55,953 nt of DNA from Candidatus Omnitrophota bacterium (GTDB lineage: Bacteria > Ratteibacteria > UBA8468 > MWAK01): NCBI GenBank assembly GCA_043826355.1, contig JBDRQI010000014.1:1-55953 (forward strand). The letters are read 5' to 3'. The translations under genes and the position numbers were made by a program. Below the pieces are notes generated by a model. The model searched no databases, was not told where the DNA came from, and saw only the letters and a program-made list of their open reading frames with translations. Of this stretch, positions 28,574 through 38,135 are shown in pieces; within the stretch, counting starts at the first letter, position 1, and every line of letters begins with the position of its first letter.

Positions 28574-29440
28574 TTAAGTCAACCCGGCCTTCTCAACAAC
28601 TTTTCGCAGCCGGGCTTCGTTCTCTTTGGTCATGGCGCACAAGGGCAGCCGCCACTCCGGCGCTATCTTGCCCATCCAGGCCAGGACCGTCTTGACCGGA
28701 ATGGGGTTGGTTTCGTAAAAGATGGCCCGAAACAAAGGGTGGTATTGCTGGTGTAGTTTTTTCGCCTTTTCCGGGTCGCCGGATAGAAAGGCGCGAGTCA
28801 GGTCAGCAACCCCTTTTGGTATGATGTTTGCGGCAACCGAAATTACACCCACCCCGCCTACCGCCATTATCGGCAGGGTCAGGGAATCGTCTCCGGAAAG
28901 GACTGCAATGTCACATAAATTTTTTATGGCGCTGACCTGGTCCAGGCTTCCGGATGCCTCTTTAATTGCCACGATGTTTGGTTTTCGGTAAAGCTCGGCA
29001 ACCGTCTCCGGCAGAAGGGAGATGCCGGTTCGCGAGGGGACGTTATACAGAATAATCGGGATATCAACCGCCTCGGCGATGGCGGAATAGTGGAGCAGGA
29101 GGCCGGCCGGTGTGGGTTTGTTGTAGTAGGGGGTAATAATCAGGGCCGCGTTGGCGCCGGCGTTCTTGGCGTGCTTGGTGAGTTGAAGTGCTTCGGCGGT
29201 ATTGTTAGAGCCGGTGCCGGCGATTACCGGCTTCCGGCCCGACACCGCTTTCACCGCCACCTCTACCAGCCGCTGGTGTTCTTCCATGGACAGCGTCGCC
29301 GCTTCTCCGGTACAGCCGCAGGGCAGGATTGCATCGGTTCCCTCTTTAATCTGCCACTCTATCAGGTCCCCAAAACTTTTTTCGTCGATCTTTCCGGCCT
29401 TAAACGGCGTGACGATTGCTACGATTGAACCTTGAAACAT
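28574..29440 (-). CDS. dapA: 4-hydroxy-tetrahydrodipicolinate synthase
   Basis: GCTGE, PYYNKP, YNVPSRTG, IKEASG, TNPIPVK. Confidence 0.97.
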   Translation of the reverse strand: MFQGSIVAIVTPFKAGKIDEKSFGDLIEWQIKEGTDAILPCGCTGEAATLSMEEHQRLVEVAVKAVSGRKPVIAGTGSNNTAEALQLTKHAKNAGANAALIITPYYNKPTPAGLLLHYSAIAEAVDIPIILYNVPSRTGISLLPETVAELYRKPNIVAIKEASGSLDQVSAIKNLCDIAVLSGDDSLTLPIMAVGGVGVISVAANIIPKGVADLTRAFLSGDPEKAKKLHQQYHPLFRAIFYETNPIPVKTVLAWMGKIAPEWRLPLCAMTKENEARLRKVVEKAGLT

Positions 29441-29729
29441 TTTTTCCTCCGGGGTTGTTCGGCCGAGCCTGTTTTATGATTATCTCTTTTATCTTCATTC
29501 CCCGCCGTTGAAACTCAGCCGTAATCTTTTCTCTTTGCAAAAAAAGATGGTGGCCCGCGGTGGGGTTGTCCACCCAGACAAAAATCTTTTCGTTTTGAAC
29601 CGTCGCCCGGGCGTGTCGTCTTGTTTCTTTTGGAACAACATCTTCCCAAAGCGCCAGGTAGTCCTTTTCTTCGTAAGAACGGTCTTCTTTTTTTAAGATC
29701 CGGCAGATAACGTCGCCTATCTTTTCCAC
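29400..29729 (-). CDS. dciA: DciA/DUF721 helicase-loader-like protein
   Basis: IGDVI..IL, WEDVV...RRHA, V.V.NP pattern; directly downstream of dnaN. Confidence 0.7.
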   Translation of the reverse strand: MEKIGDVICRILKKEDRSYEEKDYLALWEDVVPKETRRHARATVQNEKIFVWVDNPTAGHHLFLQREKITAEFQRRGMKIKEIIIKQARPNNPGGKNVSRFNRSNRHAV

Positions 29730-29747
29730 GGTTTTTAGCGGCTGTCC

Positions 29748-30848
29748 TTATAACCGCATCGCCATAACCAGATAAAGATAGTCGGTGCCCTTCAAAGACC
29801 TGACCAGGCTCGGTTTTTCCGGGTTATGGTTAAAACCAAAGAAGAACGCTTCTTCTCCCTCCAAACTCTTGACCCCCTCAAGCAGATAGTCCGGGTTAAA
29901 GTTCAGGGTAAGCGGCTCCCCCTGGTAAGAAATATCCACCTCTTCCGCCCCCTCTCCCACGCCGGCGGTTTCCCCGGAAACTTTCAGATTGTTCTTCCGT
30001 AAATCCAAACGTACAAGATTTTTCCCGGAAGAAACAACTTGTTTAATTCGGCGCAGGGTTGAAACAAACGCCGGCAGGGGTATGGTGGCGCCGGATAAGT
30101 CTTTTTCTTTGGGGATGACGGTGTTGTAGTCCGGGAACTCTCCCTCAATTGTCTGGCTGGTTAAAACCAGGCCGGCCCCGGAAAAAATAATCTGGTTGGT
30201 TCCCAGGTTTACATCCAACTCTTCTTTTTCTTCCCATAATCCTTTTATGGCGTCGGCTGTTTTAATCGGCAGAATAAATTTAATGTTGGTGGAAAGGTTT
30301 GTTTTGGTTTTGTGGCGCGCCAGCCGCCGGGTGTCTGTGGCGACGGTTGTCAGCCAGCCGTCTTCGGTGGTAAAAAACACCCCGGAAAGGTTTGGTTTGT
30401 TTTCATCAAAAACAACGACCGGGCGGGTGTGGGTTATGGTTTTCTTTAAATTGCCGGCGGCTATTTTAAATTGGGTTGGGTTTTTGATTTTGGGGGTTAA
30501 AGGGAAATCATCAACCCGTAAACCGACTAAATTTAAGGTTATTTTCCCTTGGGAAATACGCAACCGGTTTTCTTTTTCACTATAAAAACTTATCTCCGCT
30601 TCCGGAAACTCGCGCACAATTTCCAACAGCTTCCTGCCGGGCGTTAAAACTTTCCCTTCTTTTAAAACGGTTGTATCTTTGTTGATTTTCATACTTAACT
30701 CTAAATCGGTTCCGGTTACAATTAAGCCATCCCTGCCCGCTTCAAGTAGAATATGATTGAGGATCGGCAGTGTTGGTTTGGGGCTTAAAATACCAGACAC
30801 TTTATTTAATATAGATAATAAATCCCTTTTTTGAATTTTTATCTCCAT
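29748..30848 (-). CDS. dnaN: DNA polymerase III beta clamp
   Basis: TLPIL, GTDLE, ATDTRRL, GEFPDY, FNPDYL. Confidence 0.96.
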   Translation of the reverse strand: MEIKIQKRDLLSILNKVSGILSPKPTLPILNHILLEAGRDGLIVTGTDLELSMKINKDTTVLKEGKVLTPGRKLLEIVREFPEAEISFYSEKENRLRISQGKITLNLVGLRVDDFPLTPKIKNPTQFKIAAGNLKKTITHTRPVVVFDENKPNLSGVFFTTEDGWLTTVATDTRRLARHKTKTNLSTNIKFILPIKTADAIKGLWEEKEELDVNLGTNQIIFSGAGLVLTSQTIEGEFPDYNTVIPKEKDLSGATIPLPAFVSTLRRIKQVVSSGKNLVRLDLRKNNLKVSGETAGVGEGAEEVDISYQGEPLTLNFNPDYLLEGVKSLEGEEAFFFGFNHNPEKPSLVRSLKGTDYLYLVMAMRL

Positions 30849-31003
30849 TCCGCCCCCTGTTTTTATGTGGCACGTTGTGTTGTGTAACTATTAATAATAT
30901 TTTATTATAAAAAATGTTAGTAATAGTAATAATGTTTGTTGATAACTCTTAAAACACACCGGAAACAAAACCACCTCAAAGGTTTTTCCTTAAAACAAAA
31001 CTG
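30849..31003. other. Probable oriC unwinding region
   Basis: dnaA-dnaN intergenic; DnaA box TTATCAACA on the minus strand (30937-30945) next to the TAGTAATAGTAATAAT trio array (30918-30933) and an AT-rich tract. Confidence 0.8.
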
Positions 31004-32398
31004 TTAACTATCGTTTAAATCGTTTTTGAACCGCAGCAACACCCGCTCAACCTCCTCTTTAAAGTTAACATCATTACCCATCTTCTCCTCAACTTTTCGA
31101 CAAGTGTAAAGAATGGTGGTGTGGTTTTTACCGCCAAACCCTTCGCCGATCTGGGGCAGGGAAGCGCTGGTTAGTTTCCGTGACAGGTATATAGCGATCT
31201 GTCTTGGTAAAACCAGGGATTGCTGGCGCCGGTCGCCCTTCAACTCCGATATTTTAATATTGTAATACCGGCTGACCCATTCCTGAATGGCGGCGATATC
31301 AATTTTAGGTTTACTGTTTTCGTTTTGAAGTAAATCCTTCAGGATGTTTTCGGTGAACACAACATCCACCTCGTTTTTGTTGTAGAGGCCGGCGCAGGCG
31401 ATCAGTTTTGTCAGGGCGCCCTCCAACGAGCGCACGTTTCCCTCAATTTTTTCCGCCAAACAAAAAGCAACCTCTTTTGTCAAGGGAAAGTTTTTTAAAC
31501 GAGCCTTATTTTCAATGATGGCTATCCGGGTTTCCAGGTCCGGTGGCTGAATATCAACAACCAGTCCCCATTCAAAACGAGACACCAGGCGGCGTTCAAG
31601 ATTTTTAAGTTCTTTGGGCGGCCGGTCGCTGGAAAGAACAACCTGTTTATGGTAGTCGTGAAGGGTGTTGAAGGTGTGAAAAAACTCCCGCTGCGTTTCC
31701 TCTTTTCCGCCGATAAATTGGATGTCGTCAATCAAAAGAAGGTCCAGGTCGCGAAACCGGTTTCGGAAAGAAGCGGTGTTTTTATTCAAAAGGCTGTCTA
31801 TGAATTCATTTAAAAACTGTTCGCTGGAGAGATAAACCACGTTAAAATTAGCCTGGGTTTTTGCGAAGTTCCCAACCGCCTGCATCAGGTGGGTTTTGCC
31901 GACACCGACTTGGCCGTAGATAAAGAGCGGGTTATAGGCGGTTCCGGGAGACTGGGAGATGGAAAGAGCGGCGGCGTGAGCCAGTCGGTTATTTTCGCCG
32001 ATAATAAAACTGTCAAAAGTATAAAGAGGATTAAGGTTGTTCCCGGCCCGGGCCCGGCGGGCCGGAGCGGGAGAGGCGGCGACTGGTTTCTGTGTTTCGC
32101 CTCGCCCCGCATCGCCGCCGGATTCTTTGGCCACAAAAACTACCCGGCGTACGTTCGGATTGAGGGACTGGAGTGCGGCGACAATTTCGGCGCCGTAATG
32201 GTTCTGCACCCAGTTTGCCGAAAAAGAATCAGGCGCTTCCACCACCAGTGCGTCGTTTTGAAGGGCGGATGGTCTAAGCGGTTCCAGCCAGAGGTTAAAG
32301 GCGGCCCGGTCCACCATTCGCTCTTTCACAAAATTGAGCGCTTCAAACCAGAGGGCGTCAGAACGGAGCGGATTGTTGAAATTTAAGGGTTTTTCCAT
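31004..32398 (-). CDS. dnaA: Chromosomal replication initiator DnaA
   Basis: YNPLFIYG.VGVGKTHL, IDDIQF, SRFEWGL, GGKNHTT. Confidence 0.98.
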   Translation of the reverse strand: MEKPLNFNNPLRSDALWFEALNFVKERMVDRAAFNLWLEPLRPSALQNDALVVEAPDSFSANWVQNHYGAEIVAALQSLNPNVRRVVFVAKESGGDAGRGETQKPVAASPAPARRARAGNNLNPLYTFDSFIIGENNRLAHAAALSISQSPGTAYNPLFIYGQVGVGKTHLMQAVGNFAKTQANFNVVYLSSEQFLNEFIDSLLNKNTASFRNRFRDLDLLLIDDIQFIGGKEETQREFFHTFNTLHDYHKQVVLSSDRPPKELKNLERRLVSRFEWGLVVDIQPPDLETRIAIIENKARLKNFPLTKEVAFCLAEKIEGNVRSLEGALTKLIACAGLYNKNEVDVVFTENILKDLLQNENSKPKIDIAAIQEWVSRYYNIKISELKGDRRQQSLVLPRQIAIYLSRKLTSASLPQIGEGFGGKNHTTILYTCRKVEEKMGNDVNFKEEVERVLLRFKNDLNDS

Positions 32399-32510
32399 AA
32401 GTTACCAACCGGGAACTAAGCGGGAACTGACAGGTTTTGCACAAGGTGTTTTACAGGATTGTTTTTAGCGGTAAAGTAAAATTATAAACTTAAAAAAAAA
32501 AGATGTCAAA

Positions 32511-35288
32511 TCAACTATCTTTTAAACCGCAGCAACGTTTGTATTTTTTGCCGCTGCCGCAGGGGCAGGGGTCATTCCGGCCAACCCTTGGACCAGCGTG
32601 GACGGGTTCAACCGGCGCCGCAGACGGCTGTTGTTTTCCCTGGGGCGGCAGCGAAACCGCAGCTATTTCGGGGCCTGGCCGGCGCGGCTGGTTGAAGGCG
32701 GAAAATTCTCCGTGTTGAAAGGAGACCGGTGACAGCACCGCGCGTGGGGAGATAGCCTGTGCCCCGGCTTCCGGAGCGGTTGTTTCCACCGAGAAGAGAA
32801 GGTTTATCAGCTGGCGCCGCATCTCTTCCTGCATCTGGCTGAAGAGAGCAAAACTTTCGCTTTTATATGCCACCAACGGGTCCTGGTGGCCGTAGGCGCG
32901 CAGGGAAATTCCTTCCCTGAGGTGGTCCATATCGTAAAGGTGTGATTTCCATCGGCTGTCCAGCACAAAAAGAAAGAGGTGCCGCTCCGCCTGGTCCGCG
33001 TAGTCCGCTCCGACCGCGGAACGCTTCGTCAGATAAGACCGCCAGGACGCCTCGGCCAGTTGTTCGGCCAGGGCCTCTCTGCGGGCGGCTAATTCTACGT
33101 CCGTCGGCTCAACCGCCGGAAATCGGAAAGTGGCTTCAAACCAGCGGCTGAATTCTGTTTTGTCCCACCCTTCCGGATGAACTGCGGTTGGGAAGTAACG
33201 GTCCAGGCCGGACAGAAGTTCCTCGCGGATTAAACCCTGGAAGTGGCCGGAAAGGTCTTGTCCCTCAAGAACCTGGTTGCGCATCCCGTAGGTAACCTGG
33301 CGCTGCTCGTTCATTACGTTGTCAAAATCCAACAGTTGTTTTCTAATCTCAAAATTTTGCCCTTCAACCCGGCGCTGAGCGTTTTCAATCAGCCGGGTAA
33401 TCAGCGGGTGTGAAATTAACTCCCCTTCCGGCAGGGCCGACATTATCCCTAACAGCCGCTCGGAACCGAAGAGGCGCATCAATTCGTCCTCCAGGGAGAG
33501 ATAAAAACGGGAACTGCCCGGGTCGCCCTGGCGGCCGCAGCGTCCGCGCAACTGGTTGTCGATGCGGCGCGCTTCGTGCCGTTCGGTCCCGATGATATGC
33601 AGGCCGCCGGACAGGATTACTTCAAGCGCCTCTACGGTCTTCCCTTTTAGTTGTTCCGGGTCTACGGTGGGGTATTCGGCAACAACAAGGGAGGCCAACC
33701 GCCGGTGTTCGTCCGTCCAGGGTTCTTCGGTTGTGTGCGACCCGCCCAGGACGATGTCTGTTCCCCGGCCCGCCATGTTGGTGGCAATGGTAACCTTGAA
33801 TTTGCGTCCGGCCTCCGCCACAATGGAGGCCTCTTTTTCGTGATGTTTGGCGTTGAGGACCTGGTGGGGGATGTTGCGCCGGGTCAGGATGCGTGAGAGG
33901 AGTTCGGACTTTTCAATGGAGATGGTGCCGACCAGAGCCGGCTGTCCCTTCCGGTGGAGCGCCTCTATGTCGTTGGCAACCGCCTCAAACTTCTCGCGGG
34001 CCGTTTTGTATATGGCGTCTGCCTGGTTCTGGCGGATTAAAGGGCGGTTGGGCGGAATGGTGACCACATCCAGGCTGTAGATGTCCTTGAATTCAACCGC
34101 TTCGGTGGCCGCAGTGCCGGTCATGCCGGCCAGCCGTTTATATGATTTGAAGTAGTTCTGAAAGGTGATGGTGGCCAGAGTCTGGTTTTCCGCTTCAATC
34201 TTAACGCCCTCCTTCGCCTCCAGCGCCTGGTGGAGCCCGTCGGAAAACCGGCGGCCTTCCATCATCCGGCCGGTGAACTCGTCTACAATCACCACCTTGC
34301 CGTCTTTAACCAGGTATTCCTTGTCCCGCTGGTAGTGGATGTGGGCCTGGAGCGCCTGCTGGATGTGGTGGACCATCTTGATGTGGTTCTGGTCGTAGAG
34401 GTTGTCTATGCCTAAAAGTTTTTCCACCCGGCGAATGCCTTCTTCGGTCAGGTAAATCGACTTGGTCTTTTCCTCGTCCGCGAAATCTTTGTTCTTTTCC
34501 AGGCGCGGGATCATCTTGTCCACCTGGTAGTAAAGAGAGGTTGATTCTTCCGCGGGACCGGAGATGATTAAAGGCGTCCGCGCTTCGTCTACCAGGATGC
34601 TGTCCACCTCGTCCACGATGGCGTAGTGGAGTTCCCGTTGCACCCGGTCCTCTTTCCGCAAAACCATGTTGTCGCGCAGGTAGTCAAAACCGAACTCGTT
34701 GTTGGTCCCGTAAGTAATGTCGGAATTGTAAGCGGCCTGGCGCTCCTCTCTTTTGCTTTCGTGTTGAATCGCGCCCACGGTTAACCCAAGCGATTCGTAA
34801 ACCGGGCCCATCCAGGCGCGGTCGCGCCGGGCAAGATAGTCGTTTACGGTCACTAGGTGCGCCCCTTTTCCTTCCAGCGCCGTCAAGTAAAGGGCCAGGG
34901 TTGCCACCAGGGTTTTTCCCTCTCCGGTGACCATTTCGGCGATGGCGCCCCGGTAAAGCGCGATACCGCCTAAAATCTGGACGTCAAAATGGCGCATTTT
35001 CAGGCACCGGCGGGCCGATTCCCGGACTACCGCAAAAGCGTCCGGCAGGACATCTTCCAGGGACGCGCCTTGCGCCAGCCGCTCCTTAAATTCTGCGGTC
35101 TTGGCGGCCAGGCGGTCGTCCGGCAGTTCGCGCAAGGCGGGTTCCCGGTCACAGACCGCGGCCAGGAGCGGCAGCATCTTCTTGATGTCCCGCTCGCTCT
35201 TGCTCCCGAAGATCTTGCTGAGGAATCCGGACCGCTGTTTCTTCGCTTCGTTTAAGACGTGTTCAAAGCGTTCTTCGTTATTTGCCAT
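32511..35288 (-). CDS. secA: Preprotein translocase SecA
   Basis: TGEGKT, DEVDSIL, ATNMAGRGTD, C-terminal GRNDPCPCGSGKKYKRCC. Confidence 0.98.
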   Translation of the reverse strand: MANNEERFEHVLNEAKKQRSGFLSKIFGSKSERDIKKMLPLLAAVCDREPALRELPDDRLAAKTAEFKERLAQGASLEDVLPDAFAVVRESARRCLKMRHFDVQILGGIALYRGAIAEMVTGEGKTLVATLALYLTALEGKGAHLVTVNDYLARRDRAWMGPVYESLGLTVGAIQHESKREERQAAYNSDITYGTNNEFGFDYLRDNMVLRKEDRVQRELHYAIVDEVDSILVDEARTPLIISGPAEESTSLYYQVDKMIPRLEKNKDFADEEKTKSIYLTEEGIRRVEKLLGIDNLYDQNHIKMVHHIQQALQAHIHYQRDKEYLVKDGKVVIVDEFTGRMMEGRRFSDGLHQALEAKEGVKIEAENQTLATITFQNYFKSYKRLAGMTGTAATEAVEFKDIYSLDVVTIPPNRPLIRQNQADAIYKTAREKFEAVANDIEALHRKGQPALVGTISIEKSELLSRILTRRNIPHQVLNAKHHEKEASIVAEAGRKFKVTIATNMAGRGTDIVLGGSHTTEEPWTDEHRRLASLVVAEYPTVDPEQLKGKTVEALEVILSGGLHIIGTERHEARRIDNQLRGRCGRQGDPGSSRFYLSLEDELMRLFGSERLLGIMSALPEGELISHPLITRLIENAQRRVEGQNFEIRKQLLDFDNVMNEQRQVTYGMRNQVLEGQDLSGHFQGLIREELLSGLDRYFPTAVHPEGWDKTEFSRWFEATFRFPAVEPTDVELAARREALAEQLAEASWRSYLTKRSAVGADYADQAERHLFLFVLDSRWKSHLYDMDHLREGISLRAYGHQDPLVAYKSESFALFSQMQEEMRRQLINLLFSVETTAPEAGAQAISPRAVLSPVSFQHGEFSAFNQPRRPGPEIAAVSLPPQGKQQPSAAPVEPVHAGPRVGRNDPCPCGSGKKYKRCCGLKDS

Positions 35289-35356
35289 ATACGTATGCTC
35301 GGGTGTTTGGTTTAACAAACACCCTCGCGTTTTTAACGCTGCACTTCAGACCGAAA

Positions 35357-35587
35357 CTAATAAATCTTTTTTGTTGTAAGCAATTTCCGGGCGTCGTTAA
35401 GGTCGGAAGAATTTACCATTAGCCTGATTGTAAAATCCAGGTTTGTGCCGATTCGTAGGGAGAAGCGATGGGCTGGGTCGTTGTCAAAGATATAAGCGAT
35501 TATGCTGTTTGCTTCCAAAAAACTTCTGGCGACAGCAGCTTCTGTTTCGGTGGAAAAACACTCCAACACCACAAGCCTGTTTTCCAT
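35357..35587 (-). CDS. DUF2007-like small protein
   Basis: EAAVARSFLEANSI, RLMV...D...AR.LL pattern. Confidence 0.7.
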   Translation of the reverse strand: MENRLVVLECFSTETEAAVARSFLEANSIIAYIFDNDPAHRFSLRIGTNLDFTIRLMVNSSDLNDARKLLTTKKIY

Positions 35588-35590
35588 GTT

Positions 35591-36349
35591 TCAAGTTTTT
35601 ATTTTTAGAAAAAGGGCGCAACTGTTATTATACGTCTTTTCAGCAACTTCTTCCACGCTTGTTTTTTTAATATCCGCGATTGCCTTCGCCAGTAAGGGAA
35701 TGTTGGCCGGTTCGTTGCGCCGGCCCCGCTTGCCTTCCGGCGGCATAAACGGACAATCGGTTTCCAGTAAAAGCCGTTCCAACGGCACCGCCCGAACGAC
35801 TTCTCTCAGCGCTTCATTTTTCCGGTAGGTGATGTTGGCGGTAAAGGAGATAAAAAAACCCAAAACCAGGACCCTTTCCGCCAGGTTTGCGTCACCGCTG
35901 AAGCAATGCCAGACACCCCGTGTTGGGCCGGCCTGACGCAAGGCATCCAGGGTGTCCTCTGCCGCGTCTCGGCTGTGGATGATTACCGGCAGTCCCAGGC
36001 CTTCGGCTGTTTCCAAAAAACCACGGAAGGCCGTTATTTGCCGGGAATGCTCCACAGCACAGGCATAATCAAGCCCGACTTCACCGATGGCAACCACCCG
36101 GTTGTTGGGCAGTAATTCTTTAACCCCGGGAAGCGCCGGATTATCTGTTTCTATGTCGGACGGGTGGAGGCCCAGCGTAGCCCAAAGGTTATATTCTGAA
36201 GCAACCCGGACCGCTTTCCGGTTGTTTTCGGCATCAGTCCCCACCACTAAAATATCCGACACCTTGTTTTGGCGGGCACGCTCTACAACCGAAGGAAGGT
36301 CGGCCGCAAACTGGGGAAAATTAAGGTGGCTGTGCGTATCAAAAAACAT
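35591..36349 (-). CDS. tatD: TatD family hydrolase
   Basis: DTHSH, GLHP, IGEVGLD, HSRDA, HCFSG, LETDCP. Confidence 0.95.
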   Translation of the reverse strand: MFFDTHSHLNFPQFAADLPSVVERARQNKVSDILVVGTDAENNRKAVRVASEYNLWATLGLHPSDIETDNPALPGVKELLPNNRVVAIGEVGLDYACAVEHSRQITAFRGFLETAEGLGLPVIIHSRDAAEDTLDALRQAGPTRGVWHCFSGDANLAERVLVLGFFISFTANITYRKNEALREVVRAVPLERLLLETDCPFMPPEGKRGRRNEPANIPLLAKAIADIKKTSVEEVAEKTYNNSCALFLKIKT

Positions 36350-36436
36350 TTCTAAAGGCAGATGTAAAGACAGACATAAAGACACAGAGACGGATACCCG
36401 AATAAAACATTTCGGGAATGACATTTTCTGTTCTCG

Positions 36437-36512
36437 TGGTGCCGGGACCCAGAGTTGAACTGGGGACGCAAGGATTTTCAGTCCTTCGCTCTACCGCCTG
36501 AGCTATCCCGGC
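36437..36512 (-). tRNA. tRNA-Phe(GAA)
   Basis: 76-nt cloverleaf GCCGGGA...TCCCGGC ACCA; anticodon arm AAGGA-CTGAAAA-TCCTT. Confidence 0.97.
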
Positions 36513-36790
36513 AAAAACCAGACTTCAGACATCAGAACACACTAAATTATACCCTTTATTTCTTCAATTGCACAACCCGGGGAGAGATAATGATAAAGAT
36601 GCGCGGTGCGGCAGTGAAAGCAAAAGTTGCCCCGGAAGCGTTGAAGAACGAGGAGAAGATAGCGTGGTTTTAGCAGCCAGTACGGCGTCCGCTTTACAGG
36701 TTAAACTAAAACGTATTATCGTGGTATGATAATGCTTCCGCCGACCAAGAGAACCAAGAGACGGCGGAAGGTTACGCCGGGGGCAATTGG

Positions 36791-36820
36791 TTGACAACAG
36801 GCGGAAAGGGGTGTTTTAAT
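36791..36820 (+). promoter_or_regulatory. Putative sigma70 promoter for the M24-UroD-PTE operon
   Basis: TTGACA (36791-36796), 18 bp spacer, TTTAAT preceded by TGn. Confidence 0.55.
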
Positions 36821-36941
36821 ATAGATCGGCAGCGCAAGAAATTGCCGCCGGCGGCAACACTTTTTAAACTCGTCTGGGCCGCGAAGTTTAGACCGACCCC
36901 TAAAAACTGCTACGGATAGAAACTTTACAGTGGAGGAATTC

Positions 36942-38135
36942 ATGGACAGAAATGGTTTTCCGCGGATACCAGACAGTGAATTTGCGGCGAGGATGGCCAA
37001 TCTAAAAAAAGAGATGGAGAAACAGTCCGTCGATTTATTGATTGTCTACGGCAACATGCTTGATCCGGCGCACGTCAGGTACCTGTCCGACTTTTCGCCG
37101 CTGAACGAGTCATCAGCGGTGGTGGTTCCCCTGGAAGGAGACCCTATCCTTTGTACCGGACAGGCGTGTCACGCCTGGGCAAAGCACAAATCCAGAATAA
37201 AAAACATCAGGATACTTCCCGAAATAGGGGAGGTGGGCGGAGTTGAATACGAAATCAAGGGGCTTACCACCTTCTCAACCCTGTTTGCAGAAATCAAATC
37301 CAAACACAAAATAAGGCGGGTGGGAAAAGTCGGCACGCTAATTTTTCCTCTGGTAATCTATCAGCAGATTATGAAGGTCTTTCCGGAAGCGGAAGTGGTC
37401 GAGGCAGAAAAGATTCTTTATAGCCTGCGCACAATCAAAAGTAAAAATGAAATTTCCTGCATGCAAAAAGCGGCTGAGATTTTGGACAAGGCATTCAAGA
37501 AAGCGATTGCCGTTATCCGGCCCGGCTGGACCGAACTTGACATCCAGGCGGAGATAGAAGCTGGTGTCCTTCGCGGCGGGTCGGAAGACCATGCTTTATC
37601 ATGGACCCCGATGATTCCTTCCGGGGCGCAAAACACCCAGCTATGCATGAACCGCAACACTCTCCGGAAGGTTAAAAAAAGCGAGATTATCGACCTCCAG
37701 GCAGGCGCCCTCTATGAAGGATATAACGCCGCCCTTTGCACCCCGTTTGTGCTCGGCAAGGTTCCCGAAAAGATGCGCAAGGCGGTTATGGTGTCATACC
37801 AGGTAATGGAAAGCGTGGCGGAAAAGTTAAGGCCCGGAACCACTTCCCGGGAACTGAACGACGCCGGGAGGTCAATCCTCAAAAAGGAAGGATACTCCGA
37901 ATACAGCCCGTACGGATTGGTCCATTCCATCGGCCTCCTGGAATGTGAACTCCCCTGGTTTCCGGTTGACGGCAACCTGCAGGTTGCAGAAGGAATGGCT
38001 GTTTGCGCGGATGTCTTTTTTTTCGGAATGGAGTGGGGTTCATTCCGGCTTGAAGACGTATTTGTAGTCCGCAAAGACGGGCCGGAGCAATTGACAAAAT
38101 TCAACAAAACCTTCATCCCCCGATTTTACAAATGA
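36942..38135 (+). CDS. M24 family (Xaa-Pro peptidase / creatinase-like) hydrolase
   Basis: Creatinase-type N-domain, LRTIKS..EI, HSIGL, RLEDV. Confidence 0.85.
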   Translation: MDRNGFPRIPDSEFAARMANLKKEMEKQSVDLLIVYGNMLDPAHVRYLSDFSPLNESSAVVVPLEGDPILCTGQACHAWAKHKSRIKNIRILPEIGEVGGVEYEIKGLTTFSTLFAEIKSKHKIRRVGKVGTLIFPLVIYQQIMKVFPEAEVVEAEKILYSLRTIKSKNEISCMQKAAEILDKAFKKAIAVIRPGWTELDIQAEIEAGVLRGGSEDHALSWTPMIPSGAQNTQLCMNRNTLRKVKKSEIIDLQAGALYEGYNAALCTPFVLGKVPEKMRKAVMVSYQVMESVAEKLRPGTTSRELNDAGRSILKKEGYSEYSPYGLVHSIGLLECELPWFPVDGNLQVAEGMAVCADVFFFGMEWGSFRLEDVFVVRKDGPEQLTKFNKTFIPRFYK

